Made by a program: the position numbers and the translations under genes. Shown piece by piece: positions 46,516 to 56,363 of a stretch of 64,000 bases of DNA. The DNA is taken from IMG/VR virus record IMGVR_UViG_3300047539_000055; one strand, given 5' to 3'. The notes below the pieces were generated by a model. That model was given only the letters and a program-made list of their open reading frames with translations, had not been told where the DNA came from and ran no database searches. This DNA is from a virus. Taxonomy: Duplodnaviria > Caudoviricetes. Every line of letters starts with the position of its first letter. Position 1 is the first letter of the stretch.

Positions 46516-49500
46516 TTACTCCGTGTCGGCATCAGCAATAATATCTGAATATGATCTTAGTAAAGAACCTTCGGATTCATAGATACCTTTGCCAATATCC
46601 TTTACCTTGCCAACGGCGGCGGAATCACCACCATTAGTTTTTGGTTCATCACTCTTGGTTTCTTTCTGTCCCTCTGGCTTTGGTTCAGCTTCCTTTCCTT
46701 CTTCTGAAGCTTCTTTATCTTTCTTGGCTGGCTTATCATCAGACTTGCCAAAAGACTTCTTTGGCTTATCGTCAGATTTCGTCAGATTTTCTGATTTATC
46801 GTCAGAACCTTTCTTTGGTTCATCGGATTCCTCAGACTCTTCGTGCTTGCCTTTCAAAGAAGTCTTGACTGCTTCAAGCTTATCAGTGAAGCGTTCCAAA
46901 GATTGAGAAATCTTGGTTTTGGCAGATGGTGGCGCACTTAATTTCTTTACCTTCTTGCCAAGCGAATCCACTAAATCTCCGAGTTTCTTTGCCTTTGATT
47001 TGTTTATTGCTTCTAATACATCTTTTGGTTTCATTGTATCCTCTTTAACTTTTTTCTTGGCGGCGTTTTTTGCTTTGATACTGTCACAAGATGTCCAAGT
47101 TTCTTCAAAATGTTGAACCTTATCCCAATCTCCATCATCTACGGCTTTATGATACGCATTTAATGCTTTTTGATTTGGCGCAATATAATCATCGCCCGAC
47201 TCTGTTTTGAATTGTATGCCTTCTTTTACGGCCGGCTTATGTTTTTCACAAGGTTTATCCTTTGTACGCCAAAGACATCCCTTCACCTTGCAATAATCTT
47301 CTGGATGGTCGTTCTTTTTCTTGGCTACTGTTGCTGCGACGCGTTCTTCATTAACATTCCCTTTTTTCGCTTCATCATAATCACTTTTTGCATCTTCAAA
47401 ATCTTCTGTCGCCGCATCTCTTTCTTTAGTACTTGATTTTGGATTTGCAAACACATGATCCATTTCTGCTTCTGCATAGAGCATTGCATCTCTGGCAGAC
47501 GAAAGATAAGTATCGGATTCATTAGTTACTTTTTTCAAGGGAGATAGTTTAGTATTCATAGTAACTACCCCTTTTCCATTACAATGTGAACAAGTTACTT
47601 TTCCTTCCTTTCCAGAGCCGTCACAAAGATTACAAGTCTTCTTTTTTACATCCTCATCAACTTTTTTCTTACCTTTGCCTTCTGGATGATCCTTCTTGTA
47701 GCATGTTGGACATTGATCAATATCACTACCAGTTTTGATTCTCTTGTCGCATGAAACACAGAAGTCTTCTTTCAAAGTAGACTCTTTTACCGCATCATCA
47801 AGTTGCCACGTCAATCCTTTATAAAGAGGACTTATTCCCCATGCATCCTTGACTTCATCAGACGATGGAATAGAACCCTTTTCTGGATTCACAGAGTTCA
47901 ATGCTGGCTTGACTTCACCACTTGCTGTTTTTGCGCTAACCTTCATCGGAAACTTCAACGCTGGTCTAACTTCTCCAGAAGTTGCTGGTCTAACAACGGC
48001 TGGTGGCTCAGTTGCAGGAGGAGTGGCCCATTCATTTACTTTCTTAGGTGCTATAAAATTTTTACATTTGCAGGTGGGTTCACCATTCTTTGACGTATCA
48101 TCACCAAACATACACCCATAACTTCCGTGATTCCACATTGTATGCCCACAAGTATTACATTTTGTCTTTTCCGGAAGCTTTTCTTTACCTTCAGTCGCAA
48201 TGACTTCTTTATCGCCCTTACTTCTAAAAGGTTTGTCTTCTTCCTTCAAAGCCGAAAACTTCTTCTGAAGTTTCTCAGCAATAGCATTGATGCCAGCATC
48301 TTCGTGAAGTTTCTCTTCCTTCTTGTTCTTGGCAACAGTAAGAATATTGTCGCTTCCCTTGACAGGATTAAACATATCATGGGGTTGACTTAAACCATCA
48401 GTATCTTGGATGAGTGCTCTCCATCCGGCAATCTGTTCATTTGGTTCGTTAGACCAGCCGTGTGCTGCTCCATTCAACCCTTCTTTGCGACGTTCTGGTG
48501 TTAATGATTCATTCATTTTAGTTTCCTCTTTTCCACTTAACTTAAGTAATTCATCAATTCCTTCGCGAACACTGTTTGCGCATCTACCACAAATAACTCT
48601 GGATGGTGTGTTGCCATTTTTCGGAGTTTGAATTCCACAATTGTAGCAGCGACCATCGCCTTTATCATGCTTATTATTTTTCTTTTTACTTTCCGAAATG
48701 CTTTTATCATTTAATACTGGCACAATTTGTAATCCATACATCATAAATTTCTGTTTCGCATCCGCAGCAATTTTTTTGGCCTCATTTGCATCATCAAAAA
48801 TTGTCGCCTGAGACTTATCTAAAACTCGCACAAACTCTGGGTTTTCACCGGGATTACGATCATAATTCATTTTTATATAGATACGAACATAATGATCACG
48901 TCTTTGTGCATAATGACCCGTAATGTAATATCCAGATGCTTCTTTTAATACCTTACCATCCTTATTTACCGATTCAAATTCATCTCGGTAATCATCAGCT
49001 TCATTTTGGTTATAAGTTTCAAAATCATCAGGTTCCGAATCCTGACTTGAATCATATGACAAATCAATACCTGCATCATGAGTGTATTTGTAGCAATCCG
49101 CACAGAGTTTTTCATCATCTGCATTGCTATTGATTCCTTCTTCTCTTGGTGCTCCACAATTAGCGCAAACTTTAGTGTCTAAATCATATATATGTCCTTC
49201 ATTCACTTTGCTTTCAGTAAAATCGCCCACTTCAATATCGTTATCAAAATTCTGAATATCTAAATCTTCACGATCATCCATTGGCGCTGGTGCATCATGA
49301 CGAAGTGCTTGAAAACAAGCTGTACACAAACCACGAATAATTGAATTGGCTTCTTCGCCACATTCTTTACAAGTACCTACGCCTTCTAATTCATCGTCAA
49401 CAAGATTGCCAAAATCAGCATCTTCTTCGTTTCCTTCTGTCCAATCTTCATCTTGCAAGTCATTATCAATAGCGTTACCAAACTCGGAATCAACTTTGTT

Positions 49501-51111
49501 TTGTGCGTTCCATTCATCGTCTGAGCCATTGTATTCTGGAACTATATCTTCTATTACAGCACCAGCAGGATTTGGAACTGGAGCGATTTCCGCTTCAACA
49601 GTTTTATCATCCTGTGGCAACATTCCACTCAACTTGAGAATATCTTCAAGTTCGTCGGCTTTCTGATTGTGAGCCGTTACAGTAATACTATTTTCACCCT
49701 GTTCACTGTCATAAGACGTATTAACAGATATTGAATCGCCTTCGCTTATATTTTTCATTGACTCACCTTCTGCTATTTTTTGAATAATTGATGGAATTTG
49801 ATCATCTGATGCTGGAACTAATTTATCTAATGACACATCAATTATTTCACCAGAATATAAATCCTCTGTTTGAATTGTTTGCCAACCAAGTTTCTTAGCA
49901 GCAAAATAACGATGGTTTCCGTCTTCAATATAAAATAATCCATTCTTAGCAACAACTGATATTGGCTTTTTCTGACCAACTAAATTCATTGACTCCCAAA
50001 CCTTTTTCTTCTTGAAAAGCTGATTTTTGATAGTTTCAACATCAGCATCTACTCGTGGTTCTCGCCATTCATTCTTTCCGAAATTTTTACGATTTCGTAA
50101 TTTACCTTTGGTCTTACAAGTACAAGGTTCATTGCCACAACTAATACATTTACCTTTTAATTTTCTTTTTGCTAATTTAGAATACACATCAATGGTTTCT
50201 TCTATGGGCATTACTCTATCCGTTGCTCTACGACGCTGATTTGCGTTATCAATGGATTTATCGTACCACTTTTTATAACAAGGATCACAAAGTTCCAAGC
50301 GAGAAGTAAGAGTTTTTCCACCGCATTGCAAACATTTACCAGCTTCAGATTCTTCAATATGTTCTTGTTCAAGTTGATCATCCACTGTCAAATCATGATC
50401 GTTGATATCTTCATCGCTATATTTTTCACCAGCAATATCATTCTTGAAATGATTTCGTGCTGGTTTCTTATAGTTATCATGTGTTGCTACTTGACCATCG
50501 CCATACTTGCCGGTTGGGCCTTGAGCATCGTTTTCAGAAACAACGGTTTCGTCCATATTTCCTTTTAATCTCTCATCTCTTGCAATTTTTGATTTACATT
50601 GCCATCTTTGACAAGGTTGTTTTCCTGTGCCATCACAGTGACCACAACCTAAAGTTTCTCTCCAACCAATATATATCCAACCATTACCATCACAGTTTGA
50701 GCAATCCATCCCTTCAGGATCACCATAACAAAAAGGGCATTTATAATTATCTGCTCTTTCAACAGACTCCATTGCCTCAACACTTTCCTGAGTAATATAA
50801 TCACCAACCTTTCCAATCTGATGCATAAGAATCAAATGTTCTAAATGATCTTGAGCAAGAAGAGTATCCTTTCTCTTGACCAAGGTAATGATATCTTGAA
50901 TCTTATCCTTCGCCTGTTGGTCAGCTTGCTCAAACGCATTTTCAAGATGTTCAATTGTATCTTCAAAACTGTATCTGATTTGACGCTTGGCGATAAGTAA
51001 TTCTTCTAAAACAGATAAGGGAACATTCTCTGGTGTAAAGCTTGGTGCTGTGCCAGAGAGGTTATTGTTCTTGAAGCCATTGAACACCGAAAGTATTTTA
51101 CCCATATCCAT
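46516..51111 (-). CDS. 1531-aa modular Zn-finger polyprotein (putative head core/internal protein)
   Basis: About 10 Cys-rich modules, a ParB/Srx-like DGNHR module, recurrent [VLI]xE[SGD] sites, ILKLSG motifs. Confidence 0.75.
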   Translation of the reverse strand: MDMGKILSVFNGFKNNNLSGTAPSFTPENVPLSVLEELLIAKRQIRYSFEDTIEHLENAFEQADQQAKDKIQDIITLVKRKDTLLAQDHLEHLILMHQIGKVGDYITQESVEAMESVERADNYKCPFCYGDPEGMDCSNCDGNGWIYIGWRETLGCGHCDGTGKQPCQRWQCKSKIARDERLKGNMDETVVSENDAQGPTGKYGDGQVATHDNYKKPARNHFKNDIAGEKYSDEDINDHDLTVDDQLEQEHIEESEAGKCLQCGGKTLTSRLELCDPCYKKWYDKSIDNANQRRRATDRVMPIEETIDVYSKLAKRKLKGKCISCGNEPCTCKTKGKLRNRKNFGKNEWREPRVDADVETIKNQLFKKKKVWESMNLVGQKKPISVVAKNGLFYIEDGNHRYFAAKKLGWQTIQTEDLYSGEIIDVSLDKLVPASDDQIPSIIQKIAEGESMKNISEGDSISVNTSYDSEQGENSITVTAHNQKADELEDILKLSGMLPQDDKTVEAEIAPVPNPAGAVIEDIVPEYNGSDDEWNAQNKVDSEFGNAIDNDLQDEDWTEGNEEDADFGNLVDDELEGVGTCKECGEEANSIIRGLCTACFQALRHDAPAPMDDREDLDIQNFDNDIEVGDFTESKVNEGHIYDLDTKVCANCGAPREEGINSNADDEKLCADCYKYTHDAGIDLSYDSSQDSEPDDFETYNQNEADDYRDEFESVNKDGKVLKEASGYYITGHYAQRRDHYVRIYIKMNYDRNPGENPEFVRVLDKSQATIFDDANEAKKIAADAKQKFMMYGLQIVPVLNDKSISESKKKNNKHDKGDGRCYNCGIQTPKNGNTPSRVICGRCANSVREGIDELLKLSGKEETKMNESLTPERRKEGLNGAAHGWSNEPNEQIAGWRALIQDTDGLSQPHDMFNPVKGSDNILTVAKNKKEEKLHEDAGINAIAEKLQKKFSALKEEDKPFRSKGDKEVIATEGKEKLPEKTKCNTCGHTMWNHGSYGCMFGDDTSKNGEPTCKCKNFIAPKKVNEWATPPATEPPAVVRPATSGEVRPALKFPMKVSAKTASGEVKPALNSVNPEKGSIPSSDEVKDAWGISPLYKGLTWQLDDAVKESTLKEDFCVSCDKRIKTGSDIDQCPTCYKKDHPEGKGKKKVDEDVKKKTCNLCDGSGKEGKVTCSHCNGKGVVTMNTKLSPLKKVTNESDTYLSSARDAMLYAEAEMDHVFANPKSSTKERDAATEDFEDAKSDYDEAKKGNVNEERVAATVAKKKNDHPEDYCKVKGCLWRTKDKPCEKHKPAVKEGIQFKTESGDDYIAPNQKALNAYHKAVDDGDWDKVQHFEETWTSCDSIKAKNAAKKKVKEDTMKPKDVLEAINKSKAKKLGDLVDSLGKKVKKLSAPPSAKTKISQSLERFTDKLEAVKTSLKGKHEESEESDEPKKGSDDKSENLTKSDDKPKKSFGKSDDKPAKKDKEASEEGKEAEPKPEGQKETKSDEPKTNGGDSAAVGKVKDIGKGIYESEGSLLRSYSDIIADADTE

Positions 51112-51121
51112 TTAGAATTCC

Positions 51122-51346
51122 TTAATCTTCTGATTCCAATATGTCTTTAATATTTTTTAATGATGTTAAAATTTCGAAGTCAGCCGAGTATTCACCATGC
51201 CATTCTGAAACAAGTTTTGATAAGTCATCTACTGCTTCAATCGCACTATAGATTCTTGAACGCAAGTTCATGGACTCCACTTTGTCTGGACTTCTACCAC
51301 CAACCCAACCTTCACATATTGTCATTAATTCACGATCTGTTTTCAT
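51122..51346 (-). CDS. Small putative head protein
   Basis: MKTDRELMTICEG leader. Confidence 0.55.
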   Translation of the reverse strand: MKTDRELMTICEGWVGGRSPDKVESMNLRSRIYSAIEAVDDLSKLVSEWHGEYSADFEILTSLKNIKDILESED

Positions 51347-51348
51347 AA

Positions 51349-51996
51349 TTACCTCGCGAACGATTTCACAACTTGCTTCTTTACTTTTGTGCTACCAACT
51401 GCGGAATCTTTGCCAACCTTGAATTCAGCATCGTTCAAAGTTTTGCCCTTGGTCTTCTTGAATTCAGCAGGAATCAATTGATCCGTGCTTCCAATGGAAT
51501 TCTTGACAAGCTTCTCATTGTAAGTATCGCCAAAGTTTTCGCCACTGATTTCTTCATTATTCTGAACATCATATGGCTTTTCCAATAATGGCTTTTCGCT
51601 TGTATTCTTGGCAGCAGCATCGCCTTCCTTATTCATGCTGTCAGAATGACTTTCTTCTCCATCAGGGAAATACATATCGTTTGGCTTACCAGTCAACACA
51701 GCCACGGTTTCAAAAGCAAAACCAACAGACGCGATTGTATGTCTGATAGTATCCTGAGAAGCCGGATAAGAAACTTCAACATTGAAAACATAGGTTTCTG
51801 GTGACTGTAAACCAGGAAAATCCTTGTCAACTCGCTGAATTGGGAGACTCTTTGGCTTGGTAATTGAAATAAGGTTATACTTTTGCAAAGCATTCTCAAT
51901 TGCTGTCATCATTTCATTATCTGGAAGGAAAGATAACTTGATAATATACTCGTAATTACGAATACTTTCGGCTAAAACGGCGCTAAATTTTTTCAT
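51349..51996 (-). CDS. Conserved late protein
   Basis: TAAATA and GAGG SD; MKKF...LAES...Y.IK leader. Confidence 0.7.
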   Translation of the reverse strand: MKKFSAVLAESIRNYEYIIKLSFLPDNEMMTAIENALQKYNLISITKPKSLPIQRVDKDFPGLQSPETYVFNVEVSYPASQDTIRHTIASVGFAFETVAVLTGKPNDMYFPDGEESHSDSMNKEGDAAAKNTSEKPLLEKPYDVQNNEEISGENFGDTYNEKLVKNSIGSTDQLIPAEFKKTKGKTLNDAEFKVGKDSAVGSTKVKKQVVKSFAR

Positions 51997-52029
51997 ATGG
52001 ATTCCTCTTCTATATTTATGATTATTGAG

Positions 52030-52512
52030 TTATTTTCCCAACAAATGTCGCAGGATTTCGTTACGATCCAGCAATTTACTATCGCCCGGTAATTCTTCTA
52101 ATACTCCTGGTTCTTTTGTTTTATGATCTGCCAATTGTTTCTTGAGTTGCAGAGCAATCATATCCAATTTCTTCTTGATTTTGTTGGTTCTGGCGTTGAG
52201 TGCATGACCCAGCATATTTGCGGCTGCACCAGCAACTTCCCCAGCAAATCGCTGTTCCACAATGAAAGCAAGTTCAATCAAATCCTTATGAGCCTTTATA
52301 CCATAATCGGCAAGGTCATCAAATTCCTTATCAGACGCATCCAAACCACAAACTTGTGGTAATGCACGCTCAATCTTATCTAAATCCTTATATTGGAGTA
52401 GGGACACGGTTTCGGCTACTTCTAACTCAGTGTTTTCTGATTCTGGCTCTACTTCATCAGGGTCTAAATGAGTTAAATTGAATTCTTCTTCTAAATTCTT
52501 ATTGATTATCAT
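52030..52512 (-). CDS. Putative terminase small subunit
   Basis: LEEEFNL...D.LA...DL..L...VE.R.AG...A..ML..A..A...K..KKL; position beside gp4; assignment from recall. Confidence 0.45.
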   Translation of the reverse strand: MIINKNLEEEFNLTHLDPDEVEPESENTELEVAETVSLLQYKDLDKIERALPQVCGLDASDKEFDDLADYGIKAHKDLIELAFIVEQRFAGEVAGAAANMLGHALNARTNKIKKKLDMIALQLKKQLADHKTKEPGVLEELPGDSKLLDRNEILRHLLGK

Positions 52513-52940
52513 AATTTTCCTTTGAATAGAATATCCTCTGTTATTAATCGAAACTGTAAACCATTCTTGGCGCAATATGCCAATGCACTTTGCCATTTTG
52601 CGTGATTTTTAATGATCTGTGCATTATTGACTGCACTTTTGGTTTTCTTCTCTCCAGTTTGATTTTTTGGTTTCACTTCAATAATCTCGGCATGTTTCTC
52701 ACCAGCCGCATCTACATAAACCATAAAAAAATCTGGAAAATATCCCTTTTGTTTATTAGTTAGTGGATCGCGGTAAGGGATTCTAATAGACTCACTGGCC
52801 CATTGTAACACACTCGGATGCAGATCAAGAAATATACAGAATGTACGCTCCCAACTACTTCTACAAATAGGATTTCTGCGGCCAACATATTTTTCCTTAT
52901 TTTTAACCATATATAATGATTTTTGAAATTTGTTTGCCAT
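52509..52940 (-). CDS. Head completion nuclease (T4 gp4-like, TnsA-type)
   Basis: KY.G...RSSWE...WASE...IPY...YFPDF...EVKP...KW..A..YC...F..ITE. Confidence 0.9.
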   Translation of the reverse strand: MANKFQKSLYMVKNKEKYVGRRNPICRSSWERTFCIFLDLHPSVLQWASESIRIPYRDPLTNKQKGYFPDFFMVYVDAAGEKHAEIIEVKPKNQTGEKKTKSAVNNAQIIKNHAKWQSALAYCAKNGLQFRLITEDILFKGKL

Positions 52941-53248
52941 TATGCTGCTATCTCCCGTAAAACAAAATTTGGTGTTGTTAGATTTGGCGCAACACCAAGC
53001 AATGCATTTCTTGGACGAACATTATTCAATTGTGCGGCCAAATAAATGGCTTGTGCAGCAGTATTTCCTTTACTTTCTAGCAATTGTAAAAAGCTATAAA
53101 CACTAATCCCTAAATTTTGTGCAATGAGAAAGTAAGCTTGCTCCAATTCAGAAACAACTGTTGGATTAGAAGATTGCGTTTCTGCATAGGCACGAGCATA
53201 GTCAAAAGAGTTTCTTTCCGCGCCAAGTAACATTGAAGTTGTTGACAT
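52940..53248 (-). CDS. Hypothetical structural protein
   Basis: In the late operon. Confidence 0.6.
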   Translation of the reverse strand: MSTTSMLLGAERNSFDYARAYAETQSSNPTVVSELEQAYFLIAQNLGISVYSFLQLLESKGNTAAQAIYLAAQLNNVRPRNALLGVAPNLTTPNFVLREIAA

Positions 53249-53249
53249 A

Positions 53250-54398
53250 TTATGCTCCGAGGACTTCTGGAGGTTGACCACTGGTACCATAACCATCTAC
53301 CACGGTTGGAACTGCCATTTGTAATGTGTTTCCACCAGTCAATGCTAATCCAACAGCTTGTGCAGTGGCAATGCTTTGAGTTAGAACTGTAGCTGTTGTG
53401 GCCTGACCAGTATTGACGCCCTTTTGAACCAATTGATTAGCAAGTTCAAATGAATTGGCAAGCACAGAACCAAGTTGATTATTGCCCCCTGGAGTTGTAT
53501 CGGTTAATGGACTTGGTTCTGTATCAAAGAATCGTTGTAATACAGCATCCCAACTTGCAATTTCATTATCGTTAACAATACCAGCATTATACAAAACAGT
53601 TTCATATTCGATACTCATTTTATTTTGCATAAATTCAGAATTTGCTAAATCAACAGTATCGTGTGCAAATGAAGTAATAACCGGATTTACCAATACATAT
53701 TCACTATATTGTGGCCCCACATTTGGATCAGTTGTACGATTGAATTGATAGATACGAATGCTGCGAAAAAATGGATTGGTGCGATTTAGTGGAGAACCAA
53801 GCGCATTAACGGTGTCCAAACCATAATTCACACCCCAATTAGTTGAAGTGCTATATAAAGTTTCAACATCACTAGTGCTTGGTGACCATTGATTTGGAAT
53901 GGAAATGCCTTGTAATTGTGTAGCTTGAAAATTCACATATCGAGGGTCTTGAATCATATATTGATAATAAGCATACCAAAATCCACGAATAGCATCAACA
54001 GTATCATCCCAAAAAGTGAGTTCAATTGGATCATAATTAATTTTTGTTGTGATTAAACTTGGACGATTGTATTGATTTTTCGTTTCAACTTTAAATTTGA
54101 AATCTGGTAACTTTGCTGTTCGTGCCAATATACCCAAAATTGGCAAATTACTAGGAAGCCAGTTAATACTCAAATTTGATACTGCGGAACCTAACGCGGC
54201 GGTTACTGCGGTAACAGCGGCCGGATCCATTTCAAAGAAAATATGAAACCAATTTTTGCTTTTTGGTAGAAAGCTGGAATTATTTGGTCGAAAAATCTTA
54301 GAAGCGTGTTGATAATCACGTAAAGTCGTAAAATGGTTATTCGACTGACGCTGTAAAGCGTTGAATCCTGTCGCGAGTATTGAACTTAGAGTTCCCAT
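53250..54398 (-). CDS. Tail-tube-like baseplate protein (gp48/gp54-like)
   Basis: LRDYQHAS, LP.F.....NQYNR, YDPI...F.DD, NP.ITSF.HD, M.I.YE.V.Y tube-fold pattern. Confidence 0.65.
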   Translation of the reverse strand: MGTLSSILATGFNALQRQSNNHFTTLRDYQHASKIFRPNNSSFLPKSKNWFHIFFEMDPAAVTAVTAALGSAVSNLSINWLPSNLPILGILARTAKLPDFKFKVETKNQYNRPSLITTKINYDPIELTFWDDTVDAIRGFWYAYYQYMIQDPRYVNFQATQLQGISIPNQWSPSTSDVETLYSTSTNWGVNYGLDTVNALGSPLNRTNPFFRSIRIYQFNRTTDPNVGPQYSEYVLVNPVITSFAHDTVDLANSEFMQNKMSIEYETVLYNAGIVNDNEIASWDAVLQRFFDTEPSPLTDTTPGGNNQLGSVLANSFELANQLVQKGVNTGQATTATVLTQSIATAQAVGLALTGGNTLQMAVPTVVDGYGTSGQPPEVLGA

Positions 54399-54416
54399 AG
54401 TTATATTTATACAAAT

Positions 54417-55649
54417 TTAGGAACGTTGCAGAGCAGCGATTTTTACTTTTTCGCTGGGGTTTTTGAGATGAGAAAGTGCACCCCCGTTCCGTTTTACCGC
54501 AGCAAGTTGCATTTTTTCGCTGGGGTTTTTGATGAATTTAATTGCATATCCGTCTTGTTTTACCGCAGCAAGTTGTACTTCTTCGCTGGGGTTTTTGATA
54601 TATTGAATTGCATATCCGTCTTGTTTTACCGCAGCAAGTTGTACTTCTTCGCTGGGGTTTTTGATGAATTGAATTGCATTTCCGTAGTCATTTACCGCAG
54701 TGAGTTGCGATTTTTCGCTAGGGTTTTGAATATATTGAATTGCATATCCGTTTTGTTTTACCGCAGCAAGTTGCACTTCTTCGCTGGGGTTTTTGATGAA
54801 TTGAATTGCCCATACATATACATTCTGTTTTACCGCAGCAAGTTGTATTTCTTCGCTGGGGTTTTTGATAAGGGGCAAATACAAGTTCTTAATGGCAATC
54901 GGTTCAAATATTTGATACAAAATTGGGTACTTGTTTGCCAATTCTTGTGGATTAATTTGGGTATCTTGAGCATTCATAAACTGACCTGAGCCAAAGTGAA
55001 ACTGATATTTTTCGTTTGTTCCCTTGGTGATTATTATATAAAGAGGGTCATTTGGTTTATTGTACTGAGAAAACATATTATTTTTGGTAGTAGCAGCAGT
55101 ACACCACTTGGTACCTTTTCCAAAGAAGCAACTTGCTTGTTCCGTTTTTGGTATTAGGACTTTGATTTGATTGTCGTTATATAATAGTTTTGCTTGATTT
55201 TTGCTGTAAAATGTCTGTTCTTCTGTATTTGCCTGTTCTTTATTGGAGACGACTTGTTTTGGTTGGTAGGTATCAACTATTGATTCCAAAGACGAAAGCC
55301 CCCTCACCTGGTTGATGTCTCTTACTTGCAACGGAGGAGTTAGATTTGGTTTTCTCAACAAAGCTTTGAATTTTTCAATTTCTGGAATTGCTCTACTAGC
55401 AATATCTTCGTATCTCTGAATGCCCCCGTTAAATTTTGGATTATCGGAGTTTGCATAGTTCATGACTAACCAGAAAGTAAACTCTTTGTTTGGGGTTTGG
55501 TCAAGATTGGATATTTGCTGTATGATTTCCTGTGATGTTTTGTTTTTTGGAGCAGTTGTATCTGTCTTGCTTTTAGCTACTAACTTATTGGCAAAGTCAT
55601 TGAGCAGTCTTTGTTCATTATATTCGTTGAGTATTTCTGCGCATTTCAT
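54417..55649 (-). CDS. Late protein: PcfJ-like WC domain plus DUF4116-like 22-aa repeats
   Basis: MKCAEILNE leader; ASCFFGKGTKWCTA...PLYII...KYQFHF; NPSEEVQLAAVKQDGYAIQYIK repeats. Confidence 0.75.
   Translation of the reverse strand: MKCAEILNEYNEQRLLNDFANKLVAKSKTDTTAPKNKTSQEIIQQISNLDQTPNKEFTFWLVMNYANSDNPKFNGGIQRYEDIASRAIPEIEKFKALLRKPNLTPPLQVRDINQVRGLSSLESIVDTYQPKQVVSNKEQANTEEQTFYSKNQAKLLYNDNQIKVLIPKTEQASCFFGKGTKWCTAATTKNNMFSQYNKPNDPLYIIITKGTNEKYQFHFGSGQFMNAQDTQINPQELANKYPILYQIFEPIAIKNLYLPLIKNPSEEIQLAAVKQNVYVWAIQFIKNPSEEVQLAAVKQNGYAIQYIQNPSEKSQLTAVNDYGNAIQFIKNPSEEVQLAAVKQDGYAIQYIKNPSEEVQLAAVKQDGYAIKFIKNPSEKMQLAAVKRNGGALSHLKNPSEKVKIAALQRS
54425..54870 (-). repeat. 66-bp coding tandem repeat, 6 full plus 1 partial unit
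   Basis: TCGCTGGGGTTTTTGAT...TTTACCGCAGCAAGTTG recurs. Confidence 0.9.
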
Positions 55650-55663
55650 AGTTATATTTATCC

Positions 55664-55698
55664 AAAAAGAAAACCCGCCGAACATAGTTAGGCGGGTT
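55664..55698 (-). terminator. Terminator after the tail tube gene
   Basis: AACCCGCC/GGCGGGTT stem with a minus-strand U tract. Confidence 0.75.
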
Positions 55699-55717
55699 AA
55701 AGTAGTTCAATACTTTA

Positions 55718-56329
55718 TTAAATCGCGAGAACACCTAGTGTACGAGGAACTGGTGAACCAACTCCATAGGCTGTCTGAATTGCGTTATCAAATAGGATAT
55801 TCAAGGTGATTTGAACGGGGTCCGAAGTCTTATAATCCAAAGAATCATAATCTGCGCTGCTAATATAGCAACCAACCAAGTCCCAAGTTTCAGTAATTGT
55901 TGGCTCACTGATACCATTACCACCATCCAACATCTGGCAAAGCATTTCAAATTTATAATCGGATGCGGAAGCAGCAGATGCTTGGTTCAAAAAGTCAAAC
56001 TGACGCTGAACTTGCTGTCCAACCAAAGTTTGAATCTGTGACTCAACATCATCACGAATCTTAACTGTAATTGCTTCCCATGTTGGCTTGCCAGCATAGT
56101 GAACTTTGGAGTTATAAACATCAATAACCTGTTCATCAAACTTCACTGATGGACGTTTGAAATCTACAACTTGCTTTGTTAATTCTGTAGTGTCGGTAGA
56201 AACACCAAACCCAATAAACAGAATACGAAATCTGTACTTGAGTTTGGGCATTATTAGCCCCTGACCGCTGGCCGAATTGCCAATATCACTAAGTGGAACG
56301 GTAAAATTAAGCAACGATGCTGTACTCAC
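55718..56329 (-). CDS. Tail tube protein (gp19-like)
   Basis: MPKLKYRFR, RP.V.F, YNS...AGK.TW, RDD, DYKF, LDG, W...GC, I.FDNA. Confidence 0.88.
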   Translation of the reverse strand: MSTASLLNFTVPLSDIGNSASGQGLIMPKLKYRFRILFIGFGVSTDTTELTKQVVDFKRPSVKFDEQVIDVYNSKVHYAGKPTWEAITVKIRDDVESQIQTLVGQQVQRQFDFLNQASAASASDYKFEMLCQMLDGGNGISEPTITETWDLVGCYISSADYDSLDYKTSDPVQITLNILFDNAIQTAYGVGSPVPRTLGVLAI

Positions 56330-56363
56330 GATGTATCTCCCGTATAAATTATACTGATTATAT

